Source: Thalia democratica (Eukaryota). Taken from it: 64,000 bases of DNA. Position numbers and translations under genes: made by a program. The DNA lies in contig OZ241833.1 of assembly GCA_965202585.1 (NCBI GenBank), positions 12,772,001 through 12,836,000 of the forward strand, read 5' to 3'. The notes under the pieces are model-generated. The model saw only the letters and a list, made by a program, of their open reading frames with translations, did no database searches and was not told the DNA's origin. Shown here in pieces: positions 36,733 through 49,500 of this stretch (its first letter is position 1; each line of letters begins with the position of its first letter).

Positions 36733-36902
36733 TTAAATAAAGCATTAGCTTTAACAAGAGACCATCGTCTCGTGTTGTTATGAATTTCATCAAAACTAGT
36801 TGGTTTTCGTATATAATGATAGTCCAAAGAGCTTCTTGGATGGAGGTTTTGGTAGTACCAAGACTTATCTGTGGTTGTTTGGTTCACAACTCTTGCGTAC
36901 AT
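36733..36902 (-). CDS. Exon 1 of the minus-strand gene
   Basis: MYARVVNQTTTDKSWYYQNLHPRSSLDYHYIRKPTSFDEIHNNTRRWSLVKANALF; phase-2 donor AA|GTAAGT. Confidence 0.6.
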
Positions 36903-37114
36903 TTTGAATTTTAGCTTAAGCACAAAATTAATAGAAGATTTTAGCCATCTTATTATGTGTGAGTTTTTTGTATAATAATGACGTTTGTCAAAAAATTGTA
37001 TCAAACTAGTTTCATAATTATGACATCTGTTAGTATCTTGACAACAACTATTATAATGATAATAAACAAGTAAGCTGCTTGTTCTGTAGAAATTATATCG
37101 TCTTTTTTTAACTC

Positions 37115-37839
37115 TAAGAGTCGGCATGCTTTTATAGGTGACGGGCTAATTTTCTTAGAAAAGTTGTTCGTGTACCGTACTGTATAGAAAAAAGTCTTTA
37201 GCAGGCCGCATTTATTTCAAAAAGTTGTTGCAACCAATAAAAAATACTATTCTAAACAATACTATAAAATATGTAATATTAAAGCACTACTAATTAGTAT
37301 TAATTAAAGTTAACCGCTTAGTTGTAAGTTTTAAACCCAAAAACTTTTTTTAATGCATGTTTTTCGCTAAAAAGTATATCGCGGGCAACATGACTTGGTT
37401 TTGTGGGCTTCAGTATACCGATACCTGTTCTAGCTTATAAACTTGAATTAATAAAGGTTAAGAGAGATAAAGATTAAACAACATCAGCTTTATACTGAAA
37501 AAGGTAAACAGACTCTTTGACTAGTTGTTTACCTACTAGTAGTTAAAGTTAAGTTAAGTTTCTGTTTTCAGATCTATTCTGAACAATACTTTCTATTCTG
37601 TTAAAAAGAAGTATTCTACAATTTTACAGCTTAAAAGTTTTTAAAAGTGCGTTCGGAGACAAAGCAAAAAGTATATAATCTTTAAATTTTGTATAAACGT
37701 TTTAATAATATATACTACAATGTAAGTTTCGATAATATGTAGTAAAAATCTAATTCCTTATGTTATAGAAAATATTAACTTGATTGTTGACTTATTTTGT
37801 ATAAACGTTTGTTCCCGCAGGCCGCGTTACTAACTCCTA
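37115..37839. mobile_element. Degenerate hAT (Buster/Charlie-type) MITE
   Basis: Ends TAAGAGTCGGCA and CCCGCAGGCCGCGTTACTAACTCCTA resemble the 52910-53259 family; TSD not preserved. A similar right end lies near 39035-39095. Confidence 0.4.
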
Positions 37840-38029
37840 CAATAGAGTCTCTAATAACTTTTAAAAATAACGCTAACAAGCAATCAATTTTGTACTAGTT
37901 AAATAAATATTTATATAAAGATAATTAGTCTTGATGTTGTTTCTCTTTAAACGAGTGTGATCTTGAACAAAACTAAAAACATTATTTCAGAAAAACTAAA
38001 AGAAAATATACATGAATAGTACATCAATA

Positions 38030-38260
38030 GTTTGTTACATTACCTACTTTAAGCTTTTTCAGTATGGCTTAATTTTTATAAACAAGTAGACGGAGTAAGT
38101 ACTCCCTAACCCCAACAATGGCGAGCTTCTACATAGGTTCTTAAGAAAATAATCTTTCTAATGGAGACAAAGACCTTTCTGTTTTATACTGACGGTATGT
38201 AGCGATTTTTCTTAATTTTCAGAAAGACTGTAAATTTAAAAAACTTTCACAAAAGACTCA
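38030..38260 (+). mobile_element. Degenerate Penelope-like RT fragment
   Basis: FYKQVDGVS...MASFYIG...Y*RYV(DD)IFLIF with stops and frameshifts. Confidence 0.65.
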
Positions 38261-40498
38261 AAAAATTAACCATTTTATTTTCTTGCCATATTAATTTGAT
38301 AAATTTTTAAAAGTTTCCCGGTTTTTAAACTGTTTACTAAACCTTGTATTGTTTTGTTTCACAAGAAGGCTTTAATAACGTTAGTTTCTAATTTTTTTCG
38401 ACATGCGTTTAAAATTTAAAAGTCTTTTACAGTTATCCTTTTATGTTTACAAAGAAAACTTTTATAAATAACTTTTGAATAATAATATATTTGGTTTGCA
38501 AAATAAATTTATGAGAAAGTTAAAATATTTTTGTTCTCATTCCGAAATAAAACGATCGTTATTCTTTTTTTATATAACCAAATCTACATTATATTTTTTA
38601 ATATTATAATAGTGAAGAGAAGTTTTTTATGCTTCATACAAAAACAACAAAAATTGTATAACACTAATCATAAACTTAAAATAATCGAATTAACTTTAAT
38701 TAATTTACATTTTGCTAATGTATAAAAACTATATAATTTTTTATTCGAAGGTAATTATCGATATAAAGCTAATTTTACGTTTTATAAAAGTTTTATTAAA
38801 TAATCTTTGTTCTTGGACTGCACTTTATTGAAAAACGTTTTGGTGGGACGTAGTTGTTTTAAAATAACTGTAGTAATCGCTAAACAATACTATTTTAAAC
38901 TAAAAAAATCAAAATATAAGTGTTAATAGTGCACTGCTAGTAAGTAAAAACAAAACAAAGAGTTTATCTGCAATTTTTTACTACAGAAACTTTTATTTTT
39001 GTTGTTTTTTTTTAATTTTCAGCTAAAATGTACCTCGCGGGCCGCAATTTTAGCTTTACGGGCCAAATTTTACCCGCAGGTTTGCTAACTCCTTTTTTAA
39101 TTAGAAAGTAAACCAATAGTCGAAATAAAGTTTTAGTATAGTCTTTTTCTCTCTTTTTTTCTGAAAAATAACGTTTTAATTGATGCTTATTTTGAAAAAA
39201 TATATATAGAAATTTACTTTTTTAGTCAAAACAATTAGCTTTAGAAAACTTTAAGTATTAAAAGTATGGAAATTTTCGTAGTAGCTATTGAAACAATACA
39301 TAAAAAACAGCTAAGCTATTTAAACTAACTGCTTAAAATCTGCTCAAATGCTAACTTTAAACTGGATTTTTACAGCTTTTAAGTAACTAAAGTAAACTTT
39401 TTTTTTTTAATTTTTTTCTCTTACTTTATTTATAATAACACTTTTTGCGATATTTAAGACGACTTAAAGAAAGTTTCACCAAGGTGCTTCTTAATTATTT
39501 TTTAACATAAAGTTAATAAAAAACTATACAAAGTAACAGAAAATCGAAAATTTCTTCGTGAAACTTTCTTCAAATCCTTTTAAATTCTGCACATTTTGTT
39601 GTTGTGATAGTTGCCATATGTAAAATAATTTTCAGCTTAAAACTCTAAGGTCGCATTTTTTGGGTCCCATACAATTTACATTAGGGTTGTTTTCAACAAA
39701 TCAAAAATAGCCTTTATGTTGGTTTTACCAAATTGCTAATATTTTGCTTAAGTATTTTTTTGATAATTTCCACATAAAAACAACTTTTAGCTGAAAACTA
39801 AAAAGTCAAACATTTTATAAAAACTTTAGTTTTTTAATAAACAACTAATAAACAAAATCTATATTTAAATACAATATACTATATAAAAAATTTGCAAATA
39901 TGATTCAAAGTTACTTTTAGAACTTGAAAATTTTAACAAAACGTAAATATTTATTTGCCTAAAATTAACAGTGTTTTTATTTTTCAGAGTTGAAAAATAA
40001 AGAAACAGCTTTCTTTTATTATTATGTTAAATAAAAATAGCCAGTCAGTGTTCAATCATAAATAGTTCTTTATACATAACTTTTACTCTTTGCAAAAAAT
40101 ATATGTTGTTGATACATAAACCGATGGTTTCTAGTACATTATGTTATTTGAATGAAATATTTTCTTCCTTTTTTAATCGATTATTTTTCTTCTTTTTTTT
40201 CAACCTCTTAAATAATAGTTGTAACAAATCTAAGTATTAATATATAAAAATTAAACATATCTTAAAAATTTGAATTATTAAATATTTTAAATCAAATCAT
40301 TTTAAATCTCTAACTTTTAAATAAGATCTACTCATTAAAGTTTATATTTTTTATTTTTACAAACGAGAAAAAAGAGTAAAGCATTTCTTTGCATACTTCT
40401 TATTTGTTCTTTTTCTAAAATAAATTGTTAAAAGTATATCGTGATAGTACAATAGTTATAATAAGTAGTTATATTACAATATTTTTTATATAAAAAAT

Positions 40499-40597
40499 TT
40501 AGTTATTTTTGACTTTTGCATATTTTTTCCAATTATCTGATCCTGTTTTCATTCTCGACAATAGCATTTTGTTAGTAGCAAACCTAAAAGTAGTAGC
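40499..40597 (-). CDS. SDR exon 7 (terminal)
   Basis: Acceptor TACTTTTTACAG; ATTFRFATNKMLLSRMKTGSDNWKKYAKVKNN*. Confidence 0.75.
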   Translation of the reverse strand, partial: ATTFRFATNKMLLSRMKTGSDNWKKYAKVKNN

Positions 40598-43500
40598 CTG
40601 TAAAAAGTACTCAGAATAAATAATAACGCATATTGAAGTAGAAGTTATATAAAAATTATATTTTTGACTAACTTCTACAAACTTATTGAATTTGTGTTTA
40701 TAGTTAAAACCTATTAAGTGTTTAAAACAAGTATTTAAATTGTTTTTAATAATTTTCAAAATAAAACCAGAAACAGCTTTTATGTTCTGTAGTAAAAAAA
40801 TGCGAACTAACATGAAGCTCGTGAACAAAGCAACCGAATGTAGCCGTAATTTGTTTTCCAACTGTAGCAAGTGCGGACTTTGCAAAGTGCTCTGAGGACA
40901 CAAAGAAAAACCCACCGTTCTTATTATGAGTCATATTTGTTATTACAAAAGATGGTTTGATGCTCTATGATGTTTTTAAGTTATTAAAATACAAGCAAAA
41001 CGTGCTTTTGCTTTGTTATAGTCAAACAATGTGCATAAGATGTTTTAAAATAAAAATTTAATGTTCCTTTCCATGAATATTTGTTAAAATTACAGTTTAC
41101 ATTTCCAATATTACAAAAAAATACCTTGACACCGCAAAATTAGTTTTAATATAAAACGGTTAGTATAAAACTGTGTTTTTTTGCATTAGCAAGTGTGTTA
41201 TTCTAAAAAACATGGATTGTAACGCTGTTCGCTAACTCTAGTTATTGAGATTGCCGAGTTATTGTGTACATATAAAAAGTTAAAAGCAGTTAAATTAGTT
41301 AGAATATGTCGTGTGAACTGTGTTAGTGCGCTATTGTAACTTGTGTTTATTTTTGCGTTATTCATTTTTCTGCACCTTTCTTATATTATTTCATTGTAGA
41401 AAAAAGTTAATCAATTATTTGTATTAAAAATACTATACTCTTATAATAAAAATCTTAATAAAAAACCCGTTATCAGCCGGGATCGGCTATGCGTAATTGT
41501 GCATAGAGAATAAAAATAAATGATAATAATAAACTTAAAAGCACAGTGGTGCAATAAACAAAACAAACATATAGTACATAAAAAATACAAATAAATAAAA
41601 TTAAATGGAATAAAACTTATTCTGCTCTCATTTGTTCATCTTTTTCGGTTTTTTTCCCTTTCTTTCAGTCTTTTGTGTAAAGTAGATCTCCATTTGGTGC
41701 GGTCATTTGCAAGCAACTCTAACTCATCAGACCTTATATTTAAGCTTTTCAGGTCGCGCTTGCATACGTCTTTAAAACGTAATTTTGGACGATCTCGGTT
41801 GCGTTTGCCAACGACCAACTCGCCATACAATAGAGACATTGGAATTCGCTCAGCACCCATCCTCAGAACTTGACCGAGCCAGCGAAGCCTGCGCTGACTG
41901 AGGGAAAAGTACATGGTGGTAAGACTAGTACGTCTAAGCACTTCTTCGTTGGTGATCTTTTGTTGCTATACAATTCTAAGGATGCGACGAAGGTTTCGTA
42001 TCTGAAGAGTATTAGTTTTCTTCTTCTGCATACCAGACAACATCCATGCTTCACTACCGTATAGCAGAGTACTGCATACACAGGAATGATAAATAATAGC
42101 CTTTGTTCGAATGTTTAACTTTTGGTTGTCCCAAACTCTTGCAGTCAAACAAGCGAAAGTGCCTGAGGCTTTAATTTTTGATATCCTTGCCATTGATTTT
42201 GATTGATGGTAAAATATATGTTCCTTGACTTAGAACTTTAGTCTTCTTAAGACTCATAGTAATGCCGAAATCCGAGCATGCCGATGAAAACTGACTTAGT
42301 AGTGTCTGCAGGTCTTGGGCAGAGTAAGCCACGAGTGCAGCATCATCAGCAAGTAGAAAATCACGAATTGCAAGATTGAAAACTCGTCAATAAGTTCTTG
42401 TATGGACCTTGATACCAAATGTTGACGAACCAAAAGCATGCTTTAATAGCATTAAAAAGAATATTCCAAACAGAGATAGAGCAAGTACGCAGCCTTGTTT
42501 TACTGTTTTTTGATTAAAACTACCATTATATTCCACGGTTTTCCTTGTGTTTGTGTGAAAAGACTTCCAACATTAAAAAAATTTTGAGGACATCCAATCT
42601 TCTGAAGTATAGCAAACAGTCCTTCTCTACTCACTAGTCAAATGCTTTAATAAGGTCAACAAAAGCGATGTATAAAGGCAAGTTCTGTTCATTACACTTC
42701 TCTTGTAACTGGCGTACAGATAATATCATGTCAGTGGTACATCGTTAAGACCTAAACCCACATTGAGACTCAGGGTATACTAATTCAGTCAGATTCTGGA
42801 GTCGAGGAAGAAATACTTTTGCAAAAGCTTTACCAACAATCGCAAAAAGATAAACTCCCCTGTAATATTGTTTCAAAATTTTATAACAGTTTATAAAATT
42901 TTAAAACAACATTATCCAAAATCAAGAAAACACTTAAATTTGTCTAATGTCAATTTAAGTAACTTGGTTTTAAAAAAGTCAATAAAATTTCATAAATAGT
43001 GTTATAAAATTTTAACTAGCACACAGGAAAAGGTAAATCTACTGTACGACAATCAACTCCACTCCAAATCTTTCCTCAGATTCCTGTCTCTCACAATGAC
43101 TCTGCTGACAGTAGTAATTCCTCAAAGTGATTACAGTTATTATAGCAACAATTTCAAACTTTTTGTAGTATAATTTGTCAACATCTTATTTGTTGTTGTT
43201 TATAGCTTGCCCAACAACAAAGTGTTTTCAATTTAAAAATGGAAAATTGTAATTAAATAACGTTCCGTTACACTATCCTTCCTCACTTTTCTTTTAAAAA
43301 AACATGCACCCATCTCATAAATGTATTGTTTTAAAAAAAAAGTATAAAAACAACGCTATTAAAGATATGCAGTAACATCCCACTTTCCTTCCTCACTCTC
43401 TTCAAAGAAATAAACGAATGCATAAGTAGCCAAAAAAAATATATATATAAATAACATCACACTAAGATTATCGAAAAATTAAAAAATAACAAATAATAAT

Positions 43501-46500
43501 CATGGCGACAAAACCCATAAAAATTACATAGCATTACAGTCATGTAAAATGTCAAATCTCTAAACATAAATCAAAAACAATTCCATAGAACAGCAATTAA
43601 TAATCAATTCATTTTTTGAGTTGTGTATTAGGGAATTTTTTTAATGTTTACAATTATTATTAAATTTGCTTGGTTACTTTAAATTACACAAGCAAGATTT
43701 CATTAACTATTTAAACTTCCCAACACGATACAAACCAACAGAAATTAGTTTTCTTATAAAATAAAATGTTAGAATAAATTTTGATTTTTTGATGTGTTTT
43801 TTTTTCTCTTGTGTTAATAAAATAGTCTCAAAGCAAAATTTTAGGATTTTGTTTCAAAACTTGTCTTAAATTTAATAAGCAACAATTGCATCTAAGTTTT
43901 TAACCCAGATACAAAAAATCATACATAAATAAAATAAAAAAATCTGAAAGATGATTTGATAAATGCTGCCTGCCATAAGTTTTTTATTTAATTTTTTAGA
44001 GTTATTTAGATAAACAAATCAACTCAAAAACAAATCACTTTAAAAAACACAGAAAAAATAAAAAATGAATAAACAATCTATCCCAACTTATATATAATTG
44101 GTTTAAAACATTTAAAAATAGTTATAAGGATAAAATAGATCAAAAAAAAATGTTTATAAAAATGGATATTAAAAAAAAAATATTCTTTACAGTCCAAACC
44201 CAAAATAATCCATTATACCATTAAACATATCTTACTCTTCTGAAATATGGGTCTCTGCATAATTAACTGGCCCATGTGGCCTTAAATTATAACTATTATT
44301 ACCTTCCACTTCATCAGTAAGATTTAAAGGGCCAACATAAGCTTTAACATTTCTAATTGATACTTTCACAACATGGCAATTTTTTATTATGTACAAAGAA
44401 TGTTCTGTTGATTTACTTTGTCGCTATCAACAAAAGGTTTCTACTTATACACTATTATTGGCCTGGTTTAAAACGCAACGTGCGCTCTAACTTGTAAAGA
44501 AGATGCCCCCAAGATAACGCTTAAATTATAGTTGACTTAAATAAACTAATATGAATTACTTACTATTTACTAAAGGTTTAATAAATCAGTTACTTATACT
44601 AATTTAAACTTAGTTCGAATCTGTGATAATGATTATATTTACAATGAATTTGCGAAACGAAAAGATGGTAAAATACTGCACAACATTACACTAATAAACC
44701 AAATTATCAATTCTTTTAAAAGACGACAATACTCGAATAAAAGAAACTAAAAACTAAATGTTTAAACCAAACTCAATAGGTATTCTAAAACCGAAATCAA
44801 TTCGACAACAAGATTGAAACCATTAAAACTTAAGTGCAGCGAAAAGCTGCACTGAGTTCAGACCGCTTCAATGAAGTAGAAACTAAAAGAACTGAACTGT
44901 AAATTACTCGAGACTATTGAATTTATACTCGCTTGAGAAAAAAGAAGAAAGTAAAAAAGAGACAATTACCGCGTAAGCGGTACAACTTCTTACCACTTTG
45001 TATGGTCCTTCATACAACTTACCTAGCTTTTTCCTATTATGTTTTATCAGCCAAACATACTTACAATTAAAAAGGCCTGGCTGATAAAAAGGTGCATAAT
45101 TTTTAGTTTTTTTTTAATTTGCAGCTGATATCTGCCATGGAATTCACAAAGACCGCACATTCAAAAGGAGATGGTCTGGTGATTTGATTAATTTCATCAA
45201 CTTCGTCAAAAAGGACTCGGCCACTTAAATTTAAAGAGCATCCAAATGCATACTGGGCCGGGGTGTAGGGGGAACCTTCAATAAATGAGTTGTTAATGGT
45301 GCAAGTAATTAATGGGAGGTGGAGAGCCCAATTTGTTTTGTCTTCAAGTGACCGAAAAGCCACATTGATTGTTCTATTTTCTCTTTCAACATAACCATTT
45401 GTCTGTGGCGTAAACCTTTGCTCAATTAGTAAACCAAGAGGTGAACCTTTGCTCAATTTCCAACTGTTTACACGCCTCTTATAATAAATAATTTTTAAAT
45501 TATTTGCCGTTATCTGACAGAACAACCTGAGGTACTCCATAATGCCCTACCCAGTATTGTATAAATGCATTCCTAACAGTTATTGCTGTTTTATCTGGTA
45601 TGGAAGCCGTAACCAATAACCCAGTTGCTCTATTTTTTATCATTAGAACATATTGATAGTTAACTGACTTATCCAATAGACCTATAAGGTCTAAATGTAA
45701 AAATTAGAAGCGTTGGGTGTTATTGGGAAAAAAAACTATGTTTAGCCTGTTATGGTTAGAAACTTTTGTCTGCTGACACGTGGCGCAGTTATTAACCCAA
45801 TGGCTGACGTAATCCCTTAACTTAGGCCACCAGAAAGTTCTCGCTATGGCTTCTATGGACTTCTCAATACCCAATTGAAGCCTGTTATGGGCTGCGTTGT
45901 ACGCAGTCAGACGTAACGGCTCAGGCACTATGACACGTTTAATTCAATCCTCTATAATAAAAGCCATGCTTTCGTATGTTGTGAACTGGACTTCTTTTTT
46001 TAATAGGCGTGCTTGGTCAATAAGTCCTGGCTCCCTCCTTTGTTTGGAAAATTGCAATTGCCTCCATATCCAAAGTTTTAGGGCTAACAGATTCTACATC
46101 TGAGCTTGACATATCCAAATTATAAACTTCTGGAGTTATTAATTGCTCAGTGTTATCATAAACATCTATGTCCAGCTCGCTGTCACTAGACTCAGATTCC
46201 GAACTACACGAGTAATCCTGTATGTGTCAGGTGTAACTTACTTTCCCCGACTATTGTTTGTACATTGTTAATACCATTTTTAGTAAATAAAATATTGTTC
46301 TGAGTAGAGATGGCCAAATCTGAATTTGGTGAAAAACATGGGTCAATTTGATTGGTATGGTAAGACCCACTTAAACTTATGTTAGGCTCATTTGACTGAC
46401 CAAAAGGTCGTTATTCTTTTTTACTGAGGACGCCAATGATACCAGAGGAGGTTGGCACGCCAACTTCCAAGCGTTTGTTTAGAAGGGGTTAAATGGTTGA

Positions 46501-49500
46501 CTCATGGCTCAGAGGTTTTTGGCTCTGAATGCGAGCACTCTTAGCCCGAGTTTGAATCATAGTGTCTGGAATACACTGTGGATTTGGACTGACTCGGGAC
46601 AATAAATATATATAAAGCTAAGTTCAACATATATCACTTTCGGATTTTGAATGAGCTTAAATAATTTAAGTTAAACACACTTTGCATCTGTCCAACAAAA
46701 AATAAATGTCCTCTCAATAACAAATACTTAGTTGAAAATGCCATATATAAAGCAATAATCAGATCGGAAAACAAACAAAAAACTATTTTGCTCAACGGGT
46801 GGGACTTTCAAAAAAAGATGGTACAAACGTATCAGTGATTTTAAAAATTACAAATAAAACGGCACAGAAATATCGAAATACATCTGGAAACTTAAAATTT
46901 ACAATATTTATTATAAAACAGACTGAGAAATAAACCACTATATTGGTAAAACCAAAAACCCACAAAGTATTTGAAGTATTTGCATACTAAAAAAAGTCGC
47001 GATTGCCAAAGCCGACAGAAGATAAATTAAATAAACGGTACGAGCTCTTTTGTTCCTGCCCGCACTTCAAAATTTAAGTCTTAAGTTGTTCGTAATTTAT
47101 GCATGCTCTTAAAAAGTTTTTTTGTAGCTACTATTTTCTTGAAACTAAAATTTTTAATAAAAGCATTCAAGCAAAATTCAAAATTTTCATAGTCATTATA
47201 AGCATAAAATTCTTTAAATCTTCGATAGTTACGTCACCATAAAAATTAGCTACATTAAATGTATCTCAACTCAAAGCTCATTTACTACTATCAACTACAT
47301 TTTTATTTAAGCAATGTTAATTTTGAAAACTCACTAGAAGAAAAAAGAAACCTACATATAGATTCTTTTTATTATATTTTTTTGTATATTGATTTCGAAA
47401 CTTAACTAAAATTTAAACTTTACCCTAAATTCAACCATATGACTAAAATTTAATTTGTTTTTATTTATAAATTTATCTTTATTTAATTTATTAAATACTA
47501 TTTTCCATGACTGTTTCATACTTTTTTAGATTTTTTGTTTAAGCACTGACGAGGTCTTTGACCGAAACTTAGTTTGCATAATAAATTCTTGAAAGAATAA
47601 ATATATTTTTATTCATCTTAAAATAGTTCTACGGAGTTTTCATAGACTAATAGTAGTACTACTATCGATTTTATGAAAACTCTGTAGAACTGTGTTATTA
47701 ATTCAACAAATAAAAAGGTCGTTAATTACAAAAAATAAACTAAGTATGTGCTTTTCTAATTGTTGTTGTTTTATTCCAGGAAACGCCTGCTTTTTAAAAG
47801 AAGCGAGCCAATTATCCTAGAAAAAGTTGCTTGCGGACCGCCTTGTAAAAAAAGTCTTCTGCGGGCTGAAGTCAATTAAAATTGTTGTAGTAAAATAAGA
47901 AAACATTCTTTGTAAACCAAAAATACGAAAAAATAAGCAATAATAGAGCATGAATTAAGATGATTATTAAAATAACAGACTAACTTTAATTATTTACAAT
48001 TGTTCTCGTTGTTTTTAAAAAAAATGATTCAAGCTAAATGATACCTGTAAAGTTAAAAAATTTATCTTAAAATAAATTTAGTACCCAACAATAATTTCTA
48101 CTGACTCAGCTTATCTTGAAATACATATCAGTTACTAATCGTGCAAAAAATATTTCTCAGTATATTCTTTTATATAATAATATTTAATGAATAATCACTC
48201 AAACTAGTTATATAATATAACCTTGTAAACATTGCGTACTTAGTAGTTACTTTTTGGCTTTTAACTTTTTGTTTACAATAACTGATAGAAAAAAAAAACT
48301 AATGAATAGTATGTATTTACACAACGATTTTTAAAAAGTTCATGTTAAATTAACTAAATAATTTTTTTGGTGTTAAAAAAAGTTAGATAAAACAACAGAC
48401 AATATAAATGTTATTCAAAACCAACAACTAAGAAACATAGCAAAGTTTTTTTATTCTATTAGTCCAATTAGTTTAAAGAAAAAAAACCGTGCTAAAGTGA
48501 CCAACTGTAAATGTTACAATTTTTTCAACAATGTGGACATTGCTAAATAATACTCTGTACAAACAGAAAACTAACTCTTTAACTATATAAGTTTAAAACA
48601 GTATTGTGATAAACCGTTCAAACTAATTACCTACTTTAAACTCAAAGGTCAACTTTTTTATCTAGTTCTAAAAATTTATTATTATTGATTGTTATTATAT
48701 GCTTAGCAAATCAAACTTTTCACCATTATCTCAACACCACTCGTTCTATTTTCAATCTCAATTGCTTGTGAAAAGTAGTTCAGGAAACTTTTAGTTGCAC
48801 CATAAATTGACATGTAAGGAATTGGTCTAAACGAACTAATTGATGAAATATTGAGTATAAGTCCTTTTTTGTTTTTCTTCATCACTGGAAGTAACATTTG
48901 TGTCATCTGTTTTTTAGTTGTTAAAATTTTGTTATGAATAAATAGATGTTTTGATTTTTGAAACTTATTGTAAATTACTTTTGTAACATACATATGTATA
49001 ATTTCTTATATAAAACAAAATCTCTTTGCAGAGATTTCAACGTTCTTAAACTAACTCTGAGTTGAGCCAGTATGTTGACATTAACCATGTCATGACAAGC
49101 TGTAGAAAGATCATCAATCTCAGTAAACATGTCTAAACTATGCATCATTCCAACATTGTTAATTAAAATACCTATGTCAGAAAATTTAGATAAAAATTTT
49201 GAAATATTATCATACTGTTCCTTACGACTATCCTTGAAATCAACTTAAAGCGTTTCAGTTACAACATTATGTGCTTTTCTAATTGTTGTTGTTTTATTCC
49301 AGGAAACGCCTGCTTTTTAAAAGAAGCGAGCCAATTATCCTAGAAAAAGTTGCTTGCGGACCGCCTTGTAAAAAAAGTCTTCTGCGGGCTGAAGTCAATT
49401 AAAATTGTTGTAGTAAAATAAGAAAACATTCTTTGTAAACCAAAAATACGAAAAAATAAGCAATAATAGAGCATGAATTAAGATGATTATTAAAATAACA

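Noticed and set aside
46972-46974. TGA at the first Cys of the PLE endonuclease CxxC motif (possible selenocysteine, as in some Naiad PLEs)
   Set aside because: The copy is decayed: a nearby conserved Trp is also TGA, and there are TAA stops and frameshifts. No SECIS was evident, and Naiads have the opposite domain order.
48703-48993. 96-aa ORFs (also 50226-50516) as standalone genes
   Set aside because: They are SDR exon 5 plus flanking intron.
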